Shown here: piece by piece, positions 1 through 11,900 of the stretch
How the letters are laid out: each line of letters begins with the position of its first letter
How positions within the stretch are numbered: position 1 is the first letter of the stretch
IMG/VR virus record: IMGVR_UViG_3300043434_000266
Location: 14,991-78,990 of that record
Origin: a virus
Strand: one strand, 5' to 3'
DNA: 64,000 bases
Notes under the pieces: generated by a model
Told to the model about the DNA's origin: nothing
The model's input: only the letters and a program-made list of their open reading frames with translations
Database searches by the model: none
Translations under genes and position numbers: made by a program

Positions 1-2
1 TA

Positions 3-3000
3 AAAGAATTTAGAGCAAAGAATGGTCGTGATCCTAATGATCAAGAATCTAAGAAGATGTATGATCAAGCACGTGAAGCAGGATTCTCAACTAGTTACGC
101 TAACATGGCGGGTATCTATGCTAGTAATAAAGTAGTACTAGATAAATTATTAAAGGGTGTTCCTGTATTAGGTCAAGTAGAACACGCCGCATCTAAATCA
201 GTCAGAGGTTCTATCGTAAAGAATGCTAACTGGTTGAAAGAAGGTAAGAATCCATTTGAAGTTCTATACGGTGCTAAGAAGTATGTAAACAAAGAGTGGT
301 TAAAACAGACCGCTAAGAACATACCTAAAAACGGATTACGTTATATGAGTGCTAACCTTATGGAAGGTACTCAAGAAGTTTATCAAGAAGCAACTGCAGA
401 AGCAATGAAGCAGTATTATATTGATACTTACTACGACCCAAATCGTGCACATCAAGGACACATGATGGCATCTATTAAAAATGGTTTGAAATCTCAAATA
501 AGTGGAAGAGGTTTAGAGACATTCTTAAGTGGTGCATTAATGGCAGGACCTATTCAAGTTGCTCAAAATGGTTTGATGCGTTTGGGTGAATACGGTAACT
601 TAGTTAAATTAAAATCTCAAGCAAAATCATTTGACGCTGATCCTAAGAATGCTGGTAAAGAGAATCCCTATACTAAAAAGATTAATGAGTATAAAGAATG
701 GGATACGAAAGTAGTTGATGCTCTTAATGATCTTACAAAAAATAAGAAAGAAAACTTCTCTAAACTATACAGAAACGCTAAAGAACAAAAAGATCTTGCG
801 GATCTATATGAAGATGCTGCTTTGAATGACGATACTAAGACTGCAGTTGATACTAAAGAAGACTCTTTGTTTGCTCATATTAATACATTAAGAAGAAGTG
901 GTACTTTAGATTTATTCAAGGAGCAATTACAATCGCTTTCTGAATTATCAAATGAAGAACTCAATGAAGCTTTTAATGAACCCGGCGGTACAAATGTAGT
1001 AGATGGTAAAAATATAGGAGACCGTATCCAAACAACATTAAAAAGAATTGATGAGATTGATAAGCATTTAAGTGATGTAGAAAAGATCGCTAACCCTTAT
1101 GATGCTCGTCAAGATTTCTTTAAATGGTTTGGATTTGAAGAAGCACGTAAAATGGTAGCTTACCATGATTACACCTATAAGCGTATTGGAGGTCGTATGA
1201 CCGGTATATCTGAGAAGATACAAAATACATTAAGTTCATTGGGATCTAATCCTAACTATTCTGATATTGCTGCATTATTTAATGTTGGTAGAGAAGCTAA
1301 TTTAATGGACTCTATGGACATGGGTATGACCAGTGAGATCGATCTTATTCAAAAAGAAATTGAGGGAATAGGTGATATTACTGATCTAACATTAAAGCGT
1401 AGAAAGGATATATTATTAGCAAAGAAAAATAGACTTCAAAATATGTCTGTTGCTGTACAAAATTATGTACAAGCTAATAAGTTAATGAACTCAAACTTAT
1501 CACCTGAAGAAGTAGATGATGTAACAGAACGAGTAGCTGTTGCAGAACAATTATTATATGATGCATTTAAAGACCACCTTACAAACATAGGTGTATCTCA
1601 AGGAAAAGCTAGTGCTGAGTTTGGTATATTTAATAAGACAATTGATGAGTTGTTTGGTCAGTATAAAGATTACTGGAGACTAGAAGCGGACAAAACAAAC
1701 TTTGCAAACGCAATCAATATGTTGTATAACCCAGAGTTATACGGACAAGCAGTTGATCGTTTTGCTGAAGCAGCATCACAAGCAGATATTGTTAAAGCAG
1801 AGAAAGCAAAAGAAGCGGCTCTAGCATATAAAAAGAGATATGCTACTAATGATTTCTTAAATGACCTATTGAGTCAGTATAATGTATTTGTAAGTGAGGA
1901 TGAAGCAGAAGCATATCTAGCTAATAACATTGTACCTAGTAAATTCGTTAATGCTGATACAGGATACGAATTAGATCCTAGAAGAGATAAAGAAACATAT
2001 GATAAGATTTTAGATCTTATTGATAAGTACGATGAGGTGTTCTTTGAGGAGTCTGGTCAACGTTTATTTAAACCAGCAACATTTGATGCAGGTGTGCGTA
2101 TAGCAGGAACATCAGGTAATAAAGAGATTGCTGAGTTTGTTCCTGAGTTTGCAGAAAACGACAAGAGAACATTTTCTGACTTAGCACAAGAATTTGGATT
2201 TAGTAAAGGTAGAGCTGAGTCACAAGTAAAATTAGATACTGTACTTAATGCGATTATTAATAGTAAGTATGCTTCACAAGAACAGAAAGAACTTGCTAGA
2301 AAGCTTATTGCACTTACTGATAAAACAGATCTGATTACATTTAAACAGAACCACTATATAAACTCTACGTACGATAGCACCAATGGTATTATTGTAGACG
2401 CTCGTTATAGTTCAAAAGATTACGATGCTAAAGTGTCAGTTCCTATTGAGTATTCTATTCTCAATGGTGTAATGCAAAAAGTGATTACTGATGCATTAGC
2501 TGATCCCGCATATGCAAGTCAGATTTCTGAACTTAGAAAACTTGCTATAGCAGCAACATCTAATGATACCGAGAAAGCTTTGTTTAAATATGGTTTAGCA
2601 AACGATAAACAATTTGTTTCGGAGTTACTTACAAATGGTGACTTCCAAGCTTTCCTACAAAACATCGAATATCAAGGAGACAGTACAGAGATTAGTAATG
2701 AAGCTAAATCAATGTGGGGTAAATTCCTAGATATTCTAAATGATATATTTAAAGATGTACTAAAACTAAGTAAAACAGTTTACGCGGAAGCAATGACTGT
2801 TACATTAAATAAATTAGCACAACCCAAGACAGGAACTACAACTAGTGGTCAGCAACCCACAGCTACTCCTGGAGGAGGTACCTCTGTAGATACAGATGCA
2901 CAAGATGCTGAATTAATGCAGAAACTTAGAGATAAGTACGATTCTATAATTGCAGGAATGTCTGATGCTGATAAAGCAGGTATGGTATTCGATAGTTGGA

Positions 3001-5942
3001 GAAAAACAGATTCTCGTGCAATAGATATTATTAAAAAGCATAAAGCAGATAAAATACGTTCACAAGCTAGTGGACAGGGTGCAGGAAGTTCTCAAGTATT
3101 TGTAGACGCTGCGACTAAGAGAAGAGCATTAACTGCTGTTGGATATACATTTGATGAGATCAACAGTATGTCTGAAGATGAAATTAATGACTTGTATTCT
3201 AGAAGAGAAGAGTTAGCAAAAGGATTTGTACCTAACTTAAATAGCGAAGACTGGGGAGAAATTGATGAGGTGATGAACGCAGCTAAGAAAAGAGTTGCTG
3301 ATATGAATCTCAAGCTTACTGAAGATACAAAGAACTATGTACAATATGATGAAAACGGTCAACCTATAGAAGGTACTGAGAGAAAGCGTGTAAGTAGTGT
3401 TGTAAAAGAACCTTTAACCGATGTTAAACCTGTAGCAAGTGCAAGAGGTAATATTATTGATGGACTTTTTAAAGATTTCTTACAAGGTAAGCTCCAATCA
3501 TTTGACGCATTTAAAGAACGCTATAAAGAACTACAAGCACTTCCAAAGAACAAAGTAGTAAACTTTTCTGAAGAAATGCTTGAAGATTTATTTGATTCTG
3601 TAAGAACAGTTCAAAAAGCTTTAAACAGTAAGGGTATTAAAGTAATAAGTGATTTTCCAATTATCAGTGGTATACTAGGTTCTGACGCAGTTGCTGGTGA
3701 AATGGATATTCTCGCTTATAATAAGAATGGTAAAATATTCATTATTGATATTAAATCAGCTTTTGCAAATAGACGATTAGGTTATGATGTAGATAATGCT
3801 TTAAGACTTGCATTAGGGGATAAGTATTCTCAGTTTTCTAAAGCAATGAAAGAGAATGACAACCTTGTCCGTAAAGCAATGGGAACATTTTCTGATCCTG
3901 CAGATAAGGCATTGATCGAAGATACTATTAAAAAGGTATTAGAAAAGTATCCAAACGAAGAATCTGATTTCTTAGAAGGTAAAGATATTACAGTACCTAT
4001 TTTCTATCCTATATCAGACCGTGCACAACAGCTAGGATATAAAGAATTATTACGTCAGTCTACAGGACTAGAAGCTGACTTCATTAATATCTTTCCTATT
4101 ACAACAGATTATGCAAAAGCAGGAACCATTAATGGTGCTAGAATGTTACCTGAAATAGTAGGTGTAAGGACAGATGAGGATGGTAATAAAGTATTGCAAG
4201 AAAGTAATAACTATTCTATTAGAGTTGATACTTCTAAAAGTATATATGAATTAGGAATACCTGGTGTCACACAAACCGTTACTACTTATCCTGAGAATCC
4301 AATTGCTCAAAAAGCACCTCAACCACCAGCAACCCCAACTCCTGTTTCTGATATAGAAGCTGAGATAGAAAAAAATAAAAAAGCAGATTTAGAACAATTA
4401 AAAACAATACCTCCTGGTAACTATATTAGAGTTAACGGTAATGAAAAGGAATTACTTAAAAAGTTTAGAGAATACTTAACTGATGTTCTAGGATGGGAAA
4501 GAATGACTATTGGGTTTTCTAATGGTAATCTTACACTTAACTACTTAGGAACTGAACTTAAAATACCTGCTTCAATTAATATACTTGGTGGTAATACTGC
4601 TATTATAGATATAAATGTAGAAAATGTAATTGAAACTAAATATAATGCAGAACTAGCTGCTTTAAAAGGTAAACCAACTCAACAACAAGGTGGTTCAAGT
4701 CAAACCAGAACATACGATAACAAACCAATTGCTAAAGGTTTAAAAGGTAAAGTAATTTATATAACTCCTGATAGTTATACTACAGGGGATATGAAAACTC
4801 ACTCTGAAGACTTAGTAGCAGGTGATGATTTAGTTAATGCAGCAATCTTAGGTTTAGATCAAGAAGCTTTAAAAACTAAATTAGAGAGTTTTTCAAAAGG
4901 TAGTAGTCGTCTAGCTAATGCTGCAGGTGGATTGCTCAACTTCATAAAGAAAACAGGTATCTCTGAAAAAACATTAGATGGTAAAAATAACTTCAAATAC
5001 TTATTAGCTGTATTACAAAGTGCTGGTGAAACAAGCGTAGCTGGAGAAATCTATGGTAATGCAATGTCAGAAGCAAGAAGACTTGCTAAAGATGGTAAGA
5101 CCGTAGTATTTGATAATATCAACATACTTAAGTACGGTTCTGATTTAGACTTAGCTATTTTAAATAGTGAGTCTGATATTGCTAAGAAAGCTGTTACTAC
5201 TCCTGGAGGTAAGACAGCTATTGCATTTGCTGAAAATACTTATCAAGGTACTAAGAAAAGAGTATTTACAGATAGTGCTGAAAGTATCATTACAGGAGGT
5301 GCTGTAAGTAAAACACCTAAAGCGCTTAAAGATTTAAGAGCAAGCGTTAATAAGATTACAGCTAAATCTGACTTACCACAGTTTAAGGACTTTATAAAGG
5401 CATTAAAGAGTCAAGGTGTATTAGATGATCTATTAGAAGATCAAGGTCTTACTCAAGAATCATTTGATGCTTTGATTAAACAAAAAGAAAATGAACTCTC
5501 AAACCAACTTACTATTAATGATATCGTAAGTCTTGAAGGGGAAGTCCTTGTAAAATTCTTAAATAAAAAAGGAGAGGAAAGAATAGGTCTTGTTGTTGGA
5601 AAAACAGAAGATAACAAACTAGAAATCAAGGATATAACTAAAGAATATACTGAACTTAATAGAGGTGACCTACTAATAGACATAGATGATTTAAGCTATG
5701 CTGGTTTGGGTACTAAAGCAAAAAGTAGTAAATTAGCAGAGAGAGAGGTTAATGAAAGAGTTTTATCAATAATTGAGTCAGAAAAAGTGGACAAAGCAGA
5801 CAAAGTTACTAAAGCACAGTCAAACAAAACACAGACAGATACTGGTGCTGACATCGATGCGCAAAAAGATGACTTGGGTAAGTATGACCCGTTTGATAAA
5901 GATGCTAGAAATAATAATAATGCCGACTTTTTAAGCTGTTAA
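3..5942 (+). CDS. Giant ejection/polyvalent virion protein, 5'-truncated; contains a degenerate zincin-like region and a PD-(D/E)xK nuclease-like domain
   Basis: Frame is open from position 3 to the ATG at 57, so the gene starts before the window. Motifs AGEMDILAY..IIDIKS..QQLGY at about 3690-4050. Lies directly upstream of the RNAP gene, as in crAss-like phages. Confidence 0.7.
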   Translation, partial: KEFRAKNGRDPNDQESKKMYDQAREAGFSTSYANMAGIYASNKVVLDKLLKGVPVLGQVEHAASKSVRGSIVKNANWLKEGKNPFEVLYGAKKYVNKEWLKQTAKNIPKNGLRYMSANLMEGTQEVYQEATAEAMKQYYIDTYYDPNRAHQGHMMASIKNGLKSQISGRGLETFLSGALMAGPIQVAQNGLMRLGEYGNLVKLKSQAKSFDADPKNAGKENPYTKKINEYKEWDTKVVDALNDLTKNKKENFSKLYRNAKEQKDLADLYEDAALNDDTKTAVDTKEDSLFAHINTLRRSGTLDLFKEQLQSLSELSNEELNEAFNEPGGTNVVDGKNIGDRIQTTLKRIDEIDKHLSDVEKIANPYDARQDFFKWFGFEEARKMVAYHDYTYKRIGGRMTGISEKIQNTLSSLGSNPNYSDIAALFNVGREANLMDSMDMGMTSEIDLIQKEIEGIGDITDLTLKRRKDILLAKKNRLQNMSVAVQNYVQANKLMNSNLSPEEVDDVTERVAVAEQLLYDAFKDHLTNIGVSQGKASAEFGIFNKTIDELFGQYKDYWRLEADKTNFANAINMLYNPELYGQAVDRFAEAASQADIVKAEKAKEAALAYKKRYATNDFLNDLLSQYNVFVSEDEAEAYLANNIVPSKFVNADTGYELDPRRDKETYDKILDLIDKYDEVFFEESGQRLFKPATFDAGVRIAGTSGNKEIAEFVPEFAENDKRTFSDLAQEFGFSKGRAESQVKLDTVLNAIINSKYASQEQKELARKLIALTDKTDLITFKQNHYINSTYDSTNGIIVDARYSSKDYDAKVSVPIEYSILNGVMQKVITDALADPAYASQISELRKLAIAATSNDTEKALFKYGLANDKQFVSELLTNGDFQAFLQNIEYQGDSTEISNEAKSMWGKFLDILNDIFKDVLKLSKTVYAEAMTVTLNKLAQPKTGTTTSGQQPTATPGGGTSVDTDAQDAELMQKLRDKYDSIIAGMSDADKAGMVFDSWRKTDSRAIDIIKKHKADKIRSQASGQGAGSSQVFVDAATKRRALTAVGYTFDEINSMSEDEINDLYSRREELAKGFVPNLNSEDWGEIDEVMNAAKKRVADMNLKLTEDTKNYVQYDENGQPIEGTERKRVSSVVKEPLTDVKPVASARGNIIDGLFKDFLQGKLQSFDAFKERYKELQALPKNKVVNFSEEMLEDLFDSVRTVQKALNSKGIKVISDFPIISGILGSDAVAGEMDILAYNKNGKIFIIDIKSAFANRRLGYDVDNALRLALGDKYSQFSKAMKENDNLVRKAMGTFSDPADKALIEDTIKKVLEKYPNEESDFLEGKDITVPIFYPISDRAQQLGYKELLRQSTGLEADFINIFPITTDYAKAGTINGARMLPEIVGVRTDEDGNKVLQESNNYSIRVDTSKSIYELGIPGVTQTVTTYPENPIAQKAPQPPATPTPVSDIEAEIEKNKKADLEQLKTIPPGNYIRVNGNEKELLKKFREYLTDVLGWERMTIGFSNGNLTLNYLGTELKIPASINILGGNTAIIDINVENVIETKYNAELAALKGKPTQQQGGSSQTRTYDNKPIAKGLKGKVIYITPDSYTTGDMKTHSEDLVAGDDLVNAAILGLDQEALKTKLESFSKGSSRLANAAGGLLNFIKKTGISEKTLDGKNNFKYLLAVLQSAGETSVAGEIYGNAMSEARRLAKDGKTVVFDNINILKYGSDLDLAILNSESDIAKKAVTTPGGKTAIAFAENTYQGTKKRVFTDSAESIITGGAVSKTPKALKDLRASVNKITAKSDLPQFKDFIKALKSQGVLDDLLEDQGLTQESFDALIKQKENELSNQLTINDIVSLEGEVLVKFLNKKGEERIGLVVGKTEDNKLEIKDITKEYTELNRGDLLIDIDDLSYAGLGTKAKSSKLAEREVNERVLSIIESEKVDKADKVTKAQSNKTQTDTGADIDAQKDDLGKYDPFDKDARNNNNADFLSC

Positions 5943-5944
5943 TA

Positions 5945-8900
5945 ATGAGTATAATTTGCGACCCTTCAGGTGAATGGAGTATATCCCGAGAAGATATTTT
6001 TAAAATAAACAGAAAGGTAGCAGGAATGCTAGCTGAGAAAATTGAGAAGAACTCTAAAATTGATTTAGGTAAGTTCATCAATGCAATCTTTGATGAGGTT
6101 GTAACTGCAACAGGTGATCAGCAACGAGCACTTGCTGTAGCAAGACATATACCTTTTGCAATTGAATTATCTAAGCAAGTATTCCCAGACAAGATTCGTG
6201 TACCTCTACACAAGAATAAACTATTAGATTCTGCAGCACTTGAAGACGTAAGTGTCTCATTTACAGAGTCTTTAGATAATGTTGCTACATTTCTAAATAA
6301 CTATAGGGATTCGTTAAAACCTAAAGTCAGAGACACTGCAGGAATAACAAACAGTAGTGCAGCTGTTCAACCTAAAACAAAGATAGATGTACTTGACTAT
6401 GTCTTTGTTCCTGACGATGTATTAACTACAACGGGTCAGGAGGTGAATGATGAAAGAGATTTAAGATGGTATTATAACTTTCTAAAGTATTTGGGTGAAC
6501 AAAATATATACCCTAATGCAGACGGTACAATTAATTACTTTGGTAAGACTCTTCAAGTAAGCATAATGACAGGATTAAGTATTCCTGTTGATAAGTTGTA
6601 TCCCTACGAGCGAGTAAAACCCAATATTGAAAAGATGAAAACCAATCAGATTTTCATCGGGTTTACTGATACTAACGGTGACTTTGTTTATTTCGATGAT
6701 AACTATAACTTGACTGATGATACAGGTGCGTTTATTTACTTCCCATTAAGAACAGTTCCTAAAGTTATATCAGAGCAAAACGGTAAGCGTATTTTTGATA
6801 TTGATGAGAGTGTTAGAGAAAACAGAATACAACCAATAGCTAGTATAGTAGCTAACAGGAGACTTGCTGGTGAAAATACAAATGAGGAACTTGTAAGGGA
6901 TCAGATAAATCAAAACTACAACGATATAAAAGATATCACTGATTACTTATTAAGTAAGGGTAACTATAAGAAAAAACTTAAACTGAACCTAAACAGAATA
7001 AGCAGAGGTTTTATCTTTAGAGTTTCTGGAACAGAAGGTAGAAAACGTATAGACAGTATTACAAACTTGTCTGACTTTAATCCGGTTATTCTTGATTCTA
7101 ATGAAGCTAAGGGTATGGTAAAAGCAGCTTTCTATGTAACGGGAGTTGATGAACCTATACCATTTTCAATGGCTGATTTTCCTAAAGAACTTGCTGAGAA
7201 GACAGCAGATCTTTTATTAAATGATGTATACTATGATGGTAATCTAATTACTTCAACTGATAAATCACGCTTGATATCTCAATACTTAGGATTTAATCTT
7301 AATGATAAAACTGGTCCCGAGGGTACTGTAGGATTTATGTATAGTCCTACTACAGGAGAAATACTTATTAATTCTAAACCCTTAAGTACAGATAAAGCAC
7401 AAGCAAAAAATGAGATTGTTGATTACTTAACAAGGGATATAAGTATACCAACTGCTGATAAAGAGATAGCGTTTAAAAATAAATTATTCTTTAACCAGCG
7501 TTTTGTAAATGATAACTTTACAGATTTTAGTCTGTCACCTGTATCAGAAGGATTTGCTTTAACTACAAATCAAGATGTTACTTATGTTGATTGGGTAAAA
7601 GACAATGCATACGTTTATGCAAAAACCACTAATGGTGAAATTCGTGAAGAGAACGGTTATATAGCATTTGAGGTTCCTATTGACACTTTGTACATAGCTC
7701 GTCAGAAAATGACAGATGCTCAGATAAAAGAGTTTAAAGCAAAGCAAGAAAGCAAAACAGTTAAACCTAATAGTGTATTAGAAAATAATGCATCTCCTTC
7801 TTCACCAACAAATTTAGCAGATTTGCTAATGCGTCGTGATATGACTGGTTTTGATGTTAGTGCTACGCCTGAACAAATTGAGAAAGCTAAAGAAGATTAC
7901 GATGCAAAGGTTATTACTTTCAGAGATAAGAACGGTAAGGTTGTACAGAAGAAGCTAACTGATCTTATACCTTACGAGGTAATGTTTAACATTGCTAATA
8001 GTAATGGAAACGTTAGAGCAACATGGACTCGTGCAGGTATTACTCTATTCCAAGGATCCGACTATACAGATTTATATCATGAGTCTTGGCATGGTTTTAC
8101 ACAATGGTTTCTTACAGGTGATCAGAAGTTAAAACTTTATAACGAAGTAAAAAACTCTGGAGAAACTATTCGCTACTATAATAATGGTTGGAAAACTATG
8201 AATAGTAGTAAACTAGATTTTAATAATCCGGACCACATCCTATATGCTGAAGAACACTTAGCTGAGAAATTTAGAGAATACTCTTTAGGTAAGTATACTC
8301 CAGCTAGTGCTGTTGAGAAATCTATGTTTAAAAAGATTTGGGAAGCAATCAAAGCATTGTTTGGTTTTGGTTCTCCTGAAGAAGTACTCGCTCCATCAGG
8401 TTTGGTAGCAAAAGCATTCCAAGATTTAAAAGCTGGTAACCTTGTTGACTACACTTTTGATCAAGCAAACGTTCGTTTTAATAGATTAAATAGTGGTATT
8501 ACAGCACTTAAGAGTAGTACCAGTCCTATTAAGAACTTGGATATTACGTCATCTCTAATGGTTACAGAGGGTATAACTGATGTCATATCAGCTTCTGTAG
8601 ATGAATTAAATAAAGAATACGGGACTAATAAATTTACAATTGGTATTTTTGAAAATGATACCGTAAAGAAAGAAGTTCTTAGAAGAGCAAAATCAAAATT
8701 AATTGACAAACTTAATGAGTTAGAAGCTAAAGTTGATTTAGCTACAGGGTTTGAAAAAGATAGACTTGATAAATCTGTTCAGACTTTATCTTGGGCAATT
8801 GATAATTTTGACATTGATGATGTAAAATCCGGAACACTAAAGTACTATAACGACAGAACTGGATTCTTTACATTGTCTACAGGTGCTAAAGTAATAGATA

Positions 8901-11900
8901 CTGAAACAGCTATAGATGGACAGACTGAAGAAAATACAGATGCTCCAGCAAGTCGTGAAGGTGTGACAACTGATGAAGGTACTGAGTTCTCTGCAGTAGA
9001 TCGTATGTCTGATAGCATGCGATACATCTTAGAATCTCTGTTTGAAAGAGTAGAACCTACTAAAGACAATCCTGAAGGTTATGTATATAACGATTTAGGT
9101 TTTAGAAAAGCAGTTCCGTTTAAAACGGCATTTGCTGTAATAGCAAGTGCTACAGCTAATAAGTTGACACCTGAGGAGATGTACAAATCTCTTCAAACAG
9201 CGTCAGATACTAAAACTCGTAATAAAACTCAGAATTATAAATTCTTATTTATTAAACAGTTGTTAGCTAAGTTAGGTGATCCAAGAAATCCTAACGCACA
9301 AAGTTTGACAGGACAAAATCTTATTAGTGAGTTTTTCTTTACATTCCGTTTAGATAAACAAACCGGTATACAAGTTACTGCAGAAAGAGAAGGTGTGTCA
9401 TTAACTATTAAAGTAGGAACATCTGATTCTGCTGAAAAAGCATTTGGTAGAACATTAGAAAATCGTTTCCAAACCGGAAAGGTGAAATCTAAATATATAA
9501 CTAAGAATAAGAATAACGAGTATGAAATTAATCTAAAAGGAATACTTGAAGATTATCCTTCATCAACAGCTGCTAATGCAAGTCCTGTCTCATTTTTAAG
9601 AGCGCTTGGTATTGATATAACAGACACAGATGCTGTTATTAACTTCTTAAAGAAGCAAAATGCAATTACAAATATCTATCAGACAGTACTTGATAGATCT
9701 AAGCTTATAGATAAACCTACAACGTCATTAGTACCCGAAAGAGCTTCAGGACTATTTAATGATAAAAGTTCTGTATGGAACACGTTACTAGAAGCTGAAA
9801 GTAAGTATTCAGGTTTTAACGCTGGTTACATGTTTAAGAACGTGAATGGAGACCCTCAGTCAGAGATGAACAATCCTAGCACTGCTGGTAACCAGATCCA
9901 CCTTATAAATGCAGCAAAAACCTATGCAGAATTAATTTCAGATCCTCGCACAGCGCACTATAGTACTGAAAGAAATTCTTGGGTAAAAACATCTGTAATG
10001 TTCCAAAAGCTATTTGGAAAAAAACTTACAATAAAGAATACTGAGGACGGTAGACCTGTTAGTATAAACGTTCAATCATTGTTAGGAACTCAAGCACTTA
10101 ATGTAGAAGATGATATCAGAAGTTTAATAAGTGGGATGAAGTCAGCGGCATCTGATGTACAGACTGCTTACTTACGTGATTACTTCATGACCTTATTAAA
10201 CGGTGCATCTGAAGCATTTAAACATGCTGATAAATCATCTACATATGTAGCATCCTTAGATGCAGGAGGTGTATATTACTATGTTAATCCTAAAACATTT
10301 ACATCAAATATTGGTAGAAACAAAGCAAATGAAATCTTTATAGGTTACATTGCTTCTGAGTTAGAGCGTATTAAAAAAGTAAGTTCTAAAAAACTTATAG
10401 GTGAACAAGCTGATGATATTATCTTAGGAGGTAAACCAGGATCATATGAGACTTTAAAAACAAGAGGTTCTGAATTTGTTGTCTTCCATGATATAATAAA
10501 AGATGAATTAAAAGAGGAGCTTATAAAGTTAGATGTAAACACAGTTGAAGATTTTCTAGATCTTGTAGGTAAAGATGCTAGTTTAAAAGATAAGCTAGTC
10601 AATGCTTTAAATAACTATTTTGATCAGTTAGCACTTGAGGACTACACTATGCTAAAATCTTTTGGTGTAACAAAAGCGGAAAACTTCTTTAAGACAATTA
10701 AAAATAGATTCCCGGAACTAGCTGTACTTAGCGATCAAGACGTTTTAAAAGCTACATCTGAAGCATTTACATACAATGCTTTCATACATAAGATGGAGAT
10801 GAGCACCTTGATTTATGGTGATCCTGCACTATACACACATGACAAAGATGAGCACATGAAACGTGTTTCTGGTTTCTTTGCAACAGGTCGTATAGGTAGA
10901 ACAGACAGCAGTATGAATGCATTTATTGCAGCAAACGCTGGATCTTATCATACATCACAGTGGTTTAAACAATCAGGATTTGCTGCACCTACAAATACTT
11001 TAAGCTATCAATCAACAATTCTTCCTATTGCAGTTGGTGAAGACCCCGTAGATAGATCTGTATATCTTGATGAGATGATCAAGATTGCAAAAGAGCAAGG
11101 TATTCCTGAATCAGATTATGCAGCTTATGAAGAAATGAAAAGTGCTGATGGTGAAGCTTGGATAAGTTTTGATGCATATAGAGCGTTGGAGATTCGTTTT
11201 AGAAACTGGAATCCACAGAAAGAACTACTATATAATAAGATCATTAATAATGAAAAGACAGATAGTGCTGAAGTTCTAAAAACATTCTATCCTGTAAAGA
11301 AACTACAATACTCAGGACCACTAGACATTACTAACTTTTCTGCTTTAGCTTTCCATAAGTACTCACTTATTCCATTAATACCTTCTGTCATTAAAGATAG
11401 TCGTTTAGAAGTACTCCATAACAAAATGGTTTCTGAAGGTATTGCATATACTGTACTACAGTCAGGTTCCAAGATTGTATCTATCGGTAAGAATGGTACT
11501 TTGGATTCTTTCTATGATAAAAATTACAATCCTAAATTTGCTGATCCTAATTTTAAGTTTACAAAAAATAACATCTTTGTAGACTATCTTAAAGAACAGT
11601 TAGTTACTAAGGATAAGTTCAAAGAAGAAATTGATTTCCCATCACAGATTCGTAAGCTTATTGTATTAGGAATGGATCCTGAAAGTCCATTAATTAAAAC
11701 CTATTTGAGCAACATCGATAAGATGACAAAAGTTGCGGAGACAGAACTTAAGATGGAGCTGGGTTATAAAGATGTAAAATCTAGAAAAAAAGGTGAACCT
11801 GCTTTAGATCTTAAGAAACTATTAGAGTATGTAAAGTCAAGTCTTACCGCACAAGACTTAGCAGAACAATCAATTGATTTCATTGAGATAGGTGATGACG

